This document shows, in pieces, positions 46,627 to 53,874 of a DNA stretch of 53,963 nucleotides. The notes below the pieces were generated by a model, which searched no databases, was not told the DNA's origin, and saw only the letters and a list, made by a program, of their open reading frames with translations. The DNA comes from a virus (taxonomy: Duplodnaviria; Caudoviricetes). Where the stretch lies: positions 1-53,963 of the IMG/VR virus record IMGVR_UViG_3300020043_002749. One strand, given 5' to 3'. Positions within the stretch are counted from its first letter, which is position 1. Each line of letters begins with the position of its first letter. The position numbers and the translations under genes are program-made.

Positions 46627-47034
46627 TTACATCAGGCCTGCTGCTTCAAGGGCCTTATAGGCGACAAGAACCTCTGGATAGCCAAAAGCTGCTACCCAAT
46701 AGAAGGGATTGAACAAGTCAAGAATCACTTCCACTACAAGTGGGACGGTGATAAGGGTCAGCACAACTCCGGCAAAACCACGAGGAAATCCTTGATTAGG
46801 GTCACTCCAGTCCTTACAGGATTTAGCCCATTTAATCCATATCTTCAAAAAAATGATTAATACCACTGAAATCACAGAGGCAAGGATAAGTTTCTGTGTG
46901 GCTTCCATTCGATACACGAACAAACCAAGCTCTACAGCATCAGGGCCGTATTCTTTCGTAGCATCCACTAGAGATTGTGTGACAGTGGCAAGAACAGAGG
47001 AAAGGCTTTTGTCCACAAGAGCCTCAGTGTTCAT
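46627..47034 (-). CDS. Membrane protein
   Basis: Two hydrophobic segments. Confidence 0.6.
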   Translation of the reverse strand: MNTEALVDKSLSSVLATVTQSLVDATKEYGPDAVELGLFVYRMEATQKLILASVISVVLIIFLKIWIKWAKSCKDWSDPNQGFPRGFAGVVLTLITVPLVVEVILDLFNPFYWVAAFGYPEVLVAYKALEAAGLM

Positions 47035-47143
47035 TTTTCTTCTCCTTCTTTTTCATAGCTGCAATAGCAATGTCTTCCCAATCGACAAAAGAACGTGTGA
47101 TAGGAACAACAGGAGGGGGAGGGGTAACGGGTGCAGAAATCAT
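47024..47143 (-). CDS. Small Pro-rich basic peptide (MISAPVTPPPP...)
   Basis: ATGA-coupled to the upstream stop, with GAGGA RBS. Confidence 0.4.
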   Translation of the reverse strand: MISAPVTPPPPVVPITRSFVDWEDIAIAAMKKKEKKNEH

Positions 47144-47358
47144 AAATAATCCTCTAAGTTGGTTGACAGTTCTTTGGGGCAGGGGGTTTGGAAAAAGGAT
47201 TGCCACCACCTCGCGGATGAGCCGGAAACTGCAATGTCCTCATCAAGATACACGTGCGTAATTTGAACGGGAGTTGATCCGACTTTATGCCAAAACGGGT
47301 GATCAAGGTGCTCCTTCTTTCTCACCACCCAATCCCCTACCTTGAATCTATGTGTCAT
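47140..47358 (-). CDS. Small KOW/SH3-like protein with C-terminal LEDYL tag
   Basis: FKVGDWVVRK motif; ends NLEDYL*. Confidence 0.7.
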   Translation of the reverse strand: MTHRFKVGDWVVRKKEHLDHPFWHKVGSTPVQITHVYLDEDIAVSGSSARWWQSFFQTPCPKELSTNLEDYL

Positions 47359-47579
47359 AGGTAGTCCTCCAGATTACCACTAATAGGTTGGCAAGGAAGG
47401 AATCTCGAACTCCAAAAAATTGCCTTGTCCCCAAGCTCGGCTAACGTCAGCGACCCGCCAAGAGGGCTAACACTTACAACCGTAAGTGGTTGATCCCCTC
47501 TAGAGAAGAACTCAGGCCAACCTGCACGAAAATCAGGGTGACGAATAACTAAGTCTCCCACCTTGAATTGATGTGGCAT
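47355..47579 (-). CDS. Small KOW/SH3-like protein with C-terminal LEDYL tag
   Basis: ATG 47579 after GGAGGAG; FKVGDLVIRH motif; ends NLEDYL*. Confidence 0.7.
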   Translation of the reverse strand: MPHQFKVGDLVIRHPDFRAGWPEFFSRGDQPLTVVSVSPLGGSLTLAELGDKAIFWSSRFLPCQPISGNLEDYL

Positions 47580-47600
47580 ATCTCCTCCACGAAAAAGAAT

Positions 47601-47677
47601 TGGTGCGGACGGTCGGACTTGAACCGACAGCTTAGGGAGTTTAAGTCCCCTGCGTTTACCTCTTTCGCCACGCCCGC
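47601..47677 (-). tRNA. tRNA-Leu (UAA), short variable loop
   Basis: Acceptor GCGGGCG/CGTCCGC, anticodon arm GGGGA-CTTAAAC-TCCCT, 5-nt variable region, TTCAAGT T-loop, A73 and CCA. Confidence 0.88.
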
Positions 47678-47769
47678 AAAAGAGGCCCATACAGAGCCCC
47701 TAATAGTTTTGGCTACCAGCGCCTATGAAAATGGCCAGAGGGGCTGTAAGGCCCCTCCTAGCCTCTCTG

Positions 47770-47982
47770 TTACAGCTTTCCTTCTGTGTAGATGATTAGT
47801 GTGATGCCAAGAAACACCAACACAATGCCAACGATAAGGTAGGGGACAGACAATGGGATGTTTGGAAAGGCTTTGAACATCCAATCAATAGCCAGACGTG
47901 ATAGGATCAAAAGCCCACATACAACAACAAGGAAAAGAATTGTGGAGAACAATCCGTAGGCTGCTGATGAAAGAAGGTTCAT
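47770..47982 (-). CDS. Small membrane protein (2 TM)
   Basis: Two long hydrophobic stretches. Confidence 0.55.
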   Translation of the reverse strand: MNLLSSAAYGLFSTILFLVVVCGLLILSRLAIDWMFKAFPNIPLSVPYLIVGIVLVFLGITLIIYTEGKL

Positions 47983-48191
47983 CCCCTCGCCCCCCGTAGG
48001 GAGATTTGGTCAATCTGCCCTTGGATGGTGTTAGCATCCCCACGGGCAGACACTTTCTGTTGGTGGAGAGAGGCACGATATTCACGGTTTTCAGCCGTTC
48101 GTGCCTGCTTACGTTTATTACGTTCCAAAGAACGCCCGATGTTCAAGGGGGAACGACCAGCTTTGGAAGCGGAAGGCCAATTGTAGTGCAT
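47979..48191 (-). CDS. Small basic protein
   Basis: ATG 48191 after AAGGAG; Arg/Lys-rich. Confidence 0.55.
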   Translation of the reverse strand: MHYNWPSASKAGRSPLNIGRSLERNKRKQARTAENREYRASLHQQKVSARGDANTIQGQIDQISLRGARG

Positions 48192-48287
48192 GTTATTCTC
48201 CTTAGAAACGAGGAAAGACGTGAAAGAGGGCTGTCCCAATGATCCACCCAAAGATGAACCATACAACAAAATCTGTTGCGAAGTCCA

Positions 48288-48587
48288 TTATTTACCTTTC
48301 TGATTTTGATGATAGGAAGGTTTGGCCGCTGCGATGGCGGCGCGGCTAGCTTTTTCTGCAAAACGCGGAAATTCGCGGTATGCCTGATCGCCTCGTGTGG
48401 AAATTGCCCGTGATCTGATATGCTCCAACGCCTCCACCAGCCGCGCAATCACGGCGTCGCGGGGGTCGGGCTGCGGGTCTATGGCGGGGATTGCGGTCAT
48501 ATCTTGTTCCAGACGCCACTCAATACCGTACGACACAAATGACTTAGCTACGGTTAGCGCATCCTCACGGCGGATCAGGTCAGTCAT
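48288..48587 (-). CDS. Hypothetical protein (MTDLIRREDAL...)
   Basis: AAGGAG RBS; common phage N-terminal motif. Confidence 0.55.
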   Translation of the reverse strand: MTDLIRREDALTVAKSFVSYGIEWRLEQDMTAIPAIDPQPDPRDAVIARLVEALEHIRSRAISTRGDQAYREFPRFAEKASRAAIAAAKPSYHQNQKGK

Positions 48588-48598
48588 TTGTGGCTCCT

Positions 48599-48766
48599 TT
48601 AGCACGATAAATCGCATGGTGCCGAGTGGCATGTTTTACATACCTCAGCCGAATAGTGGCATTGGTCATAGGCGACGCCATCAACCGTTTCTGCCCCGCA
48701 GTCAGGGCATTCACCGTTTGGCTTTTCGTCTTCGTCCCACTCAATAGACGCACAGCACATGGCCAT
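48599..48766 (-). CDS. Cys-rich 55-aa protein, not in the ORF track
   Basis: Hand translation MAMCCASIEWDEDEKPNGECPDCGAETVDGVAYDQCHYSAEVCKTCHSAPCDLSC; TGATG-coupled. Confidence 0.65.
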   Translation of the reverse strand: MAMCCASIEWDEDEKPNGECPDCGAETVDGVAYDQCHYSAEVCKTCHSAPCDLSC

Positions 48767-49314
48767 CACGCACCGCCTTTCTTGCTGGCGACGAGGATGG
48801 CAGTACCAACGAAGTCGCTGTAAACAACCTCTGTCAGCGTATCGCTGCCAAACTTGGCGCGAACCAACAGCTTATTTGCAATGATCACAGCCTGTTCCCA
48901 CACCCGCGCTTCCGCCTCCGCGATCAGTCGATCCAGCGCGGACCGCTGGTCTGCCGTGGCGAGGGCGCGGATATTGCGCTGCACATCCCATACTGCGGAC
49001 AGCATGGTATCTGCAAATTCTGGTGCATCCTCCACGCTGTCGATCATCCTCGCCGCCACTTCATACGCCGCAGCCGTGGCGGCATTGGCGCGGGTGAGGG
49101 CGGCTTCGAGAGCGGAAATCTTGCGCGCATGAAATTGAGCTCTACCGTCTGGCGTATGGTAATAGCATGTATCATCATACAGATCGCCGAGATGTTTGTT
49201 TTCGGCCTCAAGCTGTTCGATGCGAGCGTTGACTTCATCGCACAAACCAAAGTCAACATTTGCGTCAAGCAACCGCTTCACCAGATCAGCCGTACCTGCG
49301 GGGTGGGTGGTCAT
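48766..49314 (-). CDS. Hypothetical coiled-coil protein
   Basis: DLVKRL...ARIEQLEAE motif; GC-rich codons. Confidence 0.55.
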   Translation of the reverse strand: MTTHPAGTADLVKRLLDANVDFGLCDEVNARIEQLEAENKHLGDLYDDTCYYHTPDGRAQFHARKISALEAALTRANAATAAAYEVAARMIDSVEDAPEFADTMLSAVWDVQRNIRALATADQRSALDRLIAEAEARVWEQAVIIANKLLVRAKFGSDTLTEVVYSDFVGTAILVASKKGGA

Positions 49315-49472
49315 GGACGTCCTCCAGAAATTGCATAAAGCACGAACATCATAAACAAGAGATGATAGGTGGCCTTGTCGTATTGGTCATTATCTGCCGC
49401 TACAACGGCAACAAGACCCTCAACAACCGCCAAAACAACCCCAACAAGGACGAGAACAAATTCGATATTCAT
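49311..49472 (-). CDS. Small membrane protein, 53 aa, not in the ORF track
   Basis: MNIEFVLVLVGVVLAVV...; coupled at both ends. Confidence 0.5.
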   Translation of the reverse strand: MNIEFVLVLVGVVLAVVEGLVAVVAADNDQYDKATYHLLFMMFVLYAISGGRP

Positions 49473-49669
49473 TTAGGTTCCTCCATCATCCACTCAGGTT
49501 TTGCATCCACCCAAATGGTTTTGTGCTCTGTGTTTAGGAGGGGGCCTGTCCAACTGGTGACAAGACCTGACACCTCACACTGTAAGACTAGAACCTCTTT
49601 CCTGCGAAAGAGACTGCCAATTTTTTGCACCCTGTGCCTTGTTCGACCAGTTCGATGAAAGTATTTCAT
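49469..49669 (-). CDS. Hypothetical protein
   Basis: TGRTRHR...LVLQCE...WVDA pattern. Confidence 0.55.
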   Translation of the reverse strand: MKYFHRTGRTRHRVQKIGSLFRRKEVLVLQCEVSGLVTSWTGPLLNTEHKTIWVDAKPEWMMEEPK

Positions 49670-49881
49670 TTATCTGCCAGCCCACATTGCTGATACGCTA
49701 GGTTGTAAGCCTCTCCATGATCGGTGAGGTAAAACAGGAAGGGCCAAGATTTTCCCTTAGCCCCAAATTTATTCCAGATGTATTGTCCAAACCTCAATTC
49801 AGAACGAAGGCTTGAATCAGAGGACCAAAGCAGATAAGATTGCCTTAGTCCTTCGTATGTGATGTCAAGACGACGTTCCAT
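49666..49881 (-). CDS. Hypothetical protein
   Basis: LRFGQ motif. Confidence 0.55.
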   Translation of the reverse strand: MERRLDITYEGLRQSYLLWSSDSSLRSELRFGQYIWNKFGAKGKSWPFLFYLTDHGEAYNLAYQQCGLADK

Positions 49882-49954
49882 CACAAAGGCTCCAGATCAT
49901 CCATGTAGATGGCCCAAGCAATGACGAGAATGCAGATGATAAGGACGATGTAGT

Positions 49955-50323
49955 TCATTTCCCCACCTCAATCTTGATTTGCAGGCCTTCCGGTGAGGTG
50001 TAAATGCCAGGAACGTGCAGGCCGTCGCGGGTGGGGAAGGTGAATTTCAGTTCTCTGTCCGAAAAACCTCTACCGGACAAAATGTGAAATCCTATCGCCT
50101 TACTGGCAAACATCACCACCTCACCGATCACGGGCTTGGGCCGGACGCGGTAAACGATATTTTTAAACCACGTAGGGCAAAAAATTTCGGCTTTAGTGTC
50201 AAGCCGTTCAATCACCTCACCCCGATACGCGGCCAGCAGCAGCGCGCCCTTGGTGGCGTCGTCCAGTTCGTCGAATGGCTTGTCGATTTTCGTCAGGTCG
50301 TCAAAATGAAGTTTATTCACCAT
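49955..50323 (-). CDS. Hypothetical protein
   Basis: ATG 50323 after GGAGG; P.W....VYRVRP motif. Confidence 0.55.
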   Translation of the reverse strand: MVNKLHFDDLTKIDKPFDELDDATKGALLLAAYRGEVIERLDTKAEIFCPTWFKNIVYRVRPKPVIGEVVMFASKAIGFHILSGRGFSDRELKFTFPTRDGLHVPGIYTSPEGLQIKIEVGK

Positions 50324-50507
50324 AAACCTCCTCCAAGATTTCACGAAAAATTTTGAGTTGGGTGGGGTAGCGTTGCTTCATGTAGCTAACGACACGCTTG
50401 AAGGCCGCCAAGTCACGTTCCCAACCTTGTTGTTTGTGCCGTTCAAGCATCTGTTTAAACGATTCTGCCACCTCACATCCCCTCAAATTTTTCCCACTGA
50501 CGGTCAT
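50313..50507 (-). CDS. Hypothetical protein (start uncertain)
   Basis: Fills the gap between coupled ORFs. Confidence 0.4.
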   Translation of the reverse strand: MTVSGKNLRGCEVAESFKQMLERHKQQGWERDLAAFKRVVSYMKQRYPTQLKIFREILEEVYGE

Positions 50508-50673
50508 TCATACGAGAGGGAAGAGGCCAAAAATAGACGCAATCGTCCCCTTCATCCCCCACACCCACAAACCACGATTGCCGTTGAGAGGGGATGGTGC
50601 CAGATTCCTTATTCCGATAGCACTTCTCTTTGTAAGGGCAGGTGGTAGAGGGACACATTGTGATGTCAGGCAT
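50473..50673 (-). CDS. Small Cys-containing protein (MPDITMC...CP....CYR)
   Basis: Recurrent phage motif; GGAG RBS. Confidence 0.6.
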   Translation of the reverse strand: MPDITMCPSTTCPYKEKCYRNKESGTIPSQRQSWFVGVGDEGDDCVYFWPLPSRMNDRQWEKFEGM

Positions 50674-50722
50674 GGCTCCACGCTCCGATGATGATAGGAG
50701 GCGAAATAAAAAATTTCGCATT

Positions 50723-50755
50723 AAAAAGCCCGCCCCTCAATTAAGAAGGACGGGC
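50723..50755 (-). terminator. Intrinsic terminator of the early region
   Basis: Minus strand GCCCGTCCTTC-ttaatt-GAGGGGCGGGC-TTTTT. Confidence 0.75.
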
Positions 50756-50885
50756 GAAGTTGAAGTTCAAAATCGTGGGGGTTATTCTACACCCTGAGCG
50801 CGTTCTGGTCCACCGCATACACGGCCCCACGCCTTCTCTACCCCACACAGGGCCTGCTCCTTATCAGACAGTGATACCGTCTGAA

Positions 50886-51515
50886 TTAGAACTGAGGCTC
50901 AAACACCGTCACACCATTGACGACGCTTTTCGGCACCATGTTCACCGTTGCCGCCTTGTCAGCAGCAAGCAAGGCTTGTGCCTCCTTGATAATGTCAGCG
51001 ACAGAGAAGCCTTCGGCCTGACGCTCCTTCAAATACTTCTGGACATGCTTTGCCGCAGCCGTCTGTGCCGCAGCCGTCACAATCTTTTCCTTCTTGGGCA
51101 AATCAGGAATTACCTCGGACAACTTGGCAAGAAAATCCTTGTCGTCCCACGATTTGTTGTCAGCAATGGCCTTCTTGACCAACGAATAGGAATTGCTGCC
51201 CGACAGAGGGAAAGCCCCATCCCAACCCAAGGTGAAACGGCCCCCCGCTTTATGCTTTTTGTCAACGGCGAAGGTGATGTTGTTGCCGAAGGCAGCACGA
51301 ATGATCTTCTTAATCTTGGGGGCATTGTTCGACATGCCAGCACGGCTCACAAAGCGAGCCAAAGCGTCCCAATCCCGATCTTTGGACGCAGCCCGACGGA
51401 TGCACTCATCCAACAGGACAAGGCCCATCACACCATTGGCATGGCGATCATCAAAATAGTTGCCAATCCGGTCGAACAACTTTGCGACGGGGGCTTTCTT
51501 TTCAGCAGCAGACAT
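50886..51515 (-). CDS. Early protein, Ala/Lys-rich (209 aa)
   Basis: GAGG RBS, biased codon usage, followed by a terminator. Confidence 0.7.
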   Translation of the reverse strand: MSAAEKKAPVAKLFDRIGNYFDDRHANGVMGLVLLDECIRRAASKDRDWDALARFVSRAGMSNNAPKIKKIIRAAFGNNITFAVDKKHKAGGRFTLGWDGAFPLSGSNSYSLVKKAIADNKSWDDKDFLAKLSEVIPDLPKKEKIVTAAAQTAAAKHVQKYLKERQAEGFSVADIIKEAQALLAADKAATVNMVPKSVVNGVTVFEPQF

Positions 51516-52968
51516 ATTAAACCTCTTAAGGCCATACAGTGCGACATTGCACCAAAATATAGGCCCATCGATGATGATAGGTCTACATATTACTACAATG
51601 TTGTTAGGCAGTTTAACGACATGCCTAGGTCTTTCTTTAAACTAAATCTTGCATAACTATAAAGTAACGGCTGCCCGTTACCTTACGGCGAATCTCTTGA
51701 ACGCATTGGCTCACCTCTGTATAGGATTAACTGTGCGCGGCCTTTGGCCCATCATGGGGCATCTATCTAAAACCTCTCAGGAGGTAGGCAGTTGTCGCGG
51801 GATGCCTAGCCCCGATGGAACGCAGTTGTGTATCAGGTTTCATGATTAACACCTCGTTGTCACTTCAGACCAAGTTTGGCCTTGATCGCAGCGCCAAGCT
51901 GTTGCTTGGTGACATGATTCGCATCAGCCCCATCAATGGACATACCAAGGGCAGACAGACGAACAACAGATTTCATAGCTTTTCCTTTCGTTGATGTAAC
52001 ATTACACCTAGCAAGGCACCACGTTTAAGATGCCTTGTCCGTTGTAATGTATCTGCACCCCGTGACTCATCACGGCTACCAACCCCCTCTGTGCAGGGCA
52101 AATTTGTGACGGATTGCCAATCCGACTGTTCGGATCATGATTCCTCCATACGATAAATTACCAAGGCAGGCTCACGGATGATACACCTGTAGGTTTTGGT
52201 CTTGTTATCATAAGCCCATTGCCATTCAGTGACGGCAACACGCTTGCCCGAAGGCTTTTCCAAGAGGTATTGCATGATTAGGCCCCACGATGATGATAGG
52301 AAATATCTTCCCTTACGACATTAGAAAAGATATAGAAACGACAAAGCCTGCCTAATCCATGCGGATTAAACAGGTTGGCCCATCTTAGCAGGCTCTGTCG
52401 CTCTGTATATCTTTTCTGCATTGTCATAGCAATGAACGAAAGGCTACACCGCCCCAATCCCATTACCCCTACACAACGCAAGCCCATGCCCTACTAACCA
52501 CGCAATACGATTGCGCCCTTTGGTGGCATTAGCCATTGCCCATAAGTGACAATGCACTAAACCTATGGCGCTTCCCCTTTCGCATTGCGGCACATATCTA
52601 ATATCGCATAGGCGTATGTAAGCTGCACCTAAACTAGGACACTCCTTTACAGGGGATGCAATTCCCCCAACCTACAATGCAGCAAGACGCTAAGGCTTGC
52701 GATATGACATGCGGTAGCACAATGCTATCGGACACCATAAGGGACAGGGAATCTTACCTGTCCAGATAGCTACCCCCTAAAAACCATTGTGCCATATGTC
52801 CGATCTATGCCCACGCCAGCCGTTAAGCCAGCACGCGACAACACGCGACATGATAACACGGTCTTACCGCAAGGGGTAACGCTTTTCAATAGAACACAAG
52901 CCTAAGCTTGTGAGGCAAAGTTGCCTTCTAAGGCCGAACCTAAACGATTCGGCTAAAGGAGTCAACCT

Positions 52969-53370
52969 TTAACGGCGCTCAATAACGACAGACAAGGCAC
53001 TAGCCTTTGCCCGCTTGAAAGGGGAGTCCTTGCGCGGCTTATACCCACGCGCCACATAAGCTACACCATCACCACACAACAGCTTAGATGGATGATCATA
53101 TTCACCATCACGGCCTTGATACTTATCAGCCCCGTCTAGCTTGATTGCATTGGCAATCTTATCAGCACTAGACCGCACCTTGTTAGGCGCAGATGGTATT
53201 ACATCCTTGTCGTCATACGACAACGCAGGCTTTTCCTGCCCGATGCACAAGATGGTGCTACCCACGGGCTTCTTAGCCACCCACGGCTTAAGCGCCTCAA
53301 TCTTAGCCCGTTCAAGGCGCTTTGCGGCAATCTTAAGCCTAAGCTTATCCTTATTCGACAATGCTGGCAT
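52969..53370 (-). CDS. Basic early protein (MPALSNKD...)
   Basis: AAAGGG RBS; Lys/Arg-rich. Confidence 0.6.
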   Translation of the reverse strand: MPALSNKDKLRLKIAAKRLERAKIEALKPWVAKKPVGSTILCIGQEKPALSYDDKDVIPSAPNKVRSSADKIANAIKLDGADKYQGRDGEYDHPSKLLCGDGVAYVARGYKPRKDSPFKRAKASALSVVIERR

Positions 53371-53373
53371 TGT

Positions 53374-53616
53374 TTACCCTTTCCAACTCTCGCAAGGCTT
53401 AACCAGAGTGAAAGCGGGCTTTCCCGCCTTCTCACAATCAAGGCCAGCGAAGTGAGCCTGTCTTGCAAGCCCCATTGCGCTTGCCACGTCACCCGCCAAG
53501 CCCGCCTTACCTTGTTCACACAAAGCCCTAGCATATGCCTCAAAGGCATGGCCTAGCATATGGTAAGCCTCAACAATGGCTTGCAAGGATTCCTCCTTGT
53601 TCGAAAGTGCGGGCAT
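53374..53616 (-). CDS. Early protein (MPALSNKE...)
   Basis: TAATG-coupled to the upstream ORF. Confidence 0.55.
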   Translation of the reverse strand: MPALSNKEESLQAIVEAYHMLGHAFEAYARALCEQGKAGLAGDVASAMGLARQAHFAGLDCEKAGKPAFTLVKPCESWKG

Positions 53617-53795
53617 TACACTTCACCCCTTTGCAAGATGTTACCGTGACAATCCAAGACAATGTAATGTCCGCCACCTTGGATGACAAGGCTTTCGATC
53701 ATCATGTTAACTTCATACCTTGTCAGGCTAACGCGGACAAAATGCCCGACATGGGGAATATCCCAACCTAACAAGGACTCAATGTAAGTATACAT
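53616..53795 (-). CDS. First early ORF, 59 aa (MYTYIESLLG...), not in the ORF track
   Basis: Translated by hand; GGAAGGGG RBS; just downstream of the promoter. Confidence 0.5.
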   Translation of the reverse strand: MYTYIESLLGWDIPHVGHFVRVSLTRYEVNMMIESLVIQGGGHYIVLDCHGNILQRGEV

Positions 53796-53845
53796 TGCTT
53801 TCCCCTTCCAGTTTTTCGCACTAAGCGCATGTAATCTGTCTGACC

Positions 53846-53874
53846 TGTCTAAGGCGATTCGCTTGCCTTGTCAA
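53846..53874 (-). promoter_or_regulatory. Host sigma70-type early promoter
   Basis: TTGACA-N17-TAGACA on the minus strand, pointing into the early genes. The -10 lacks the last T, as is common in alphaproteobacteria. Confidence 0.65.

Noticed and set aside
46523-47690. N-terminal extensions of ORFs 46295-46573 and 47355-47690
   Set aside because: They run through tRNA genes; downstream ATGs with good RBS are the likely starts.
50760-51656. 298-aa plus-strand ORF
   Set aside because: Antisense shadow of 50886-51515; runs against the operon direction and has no protein-like features.
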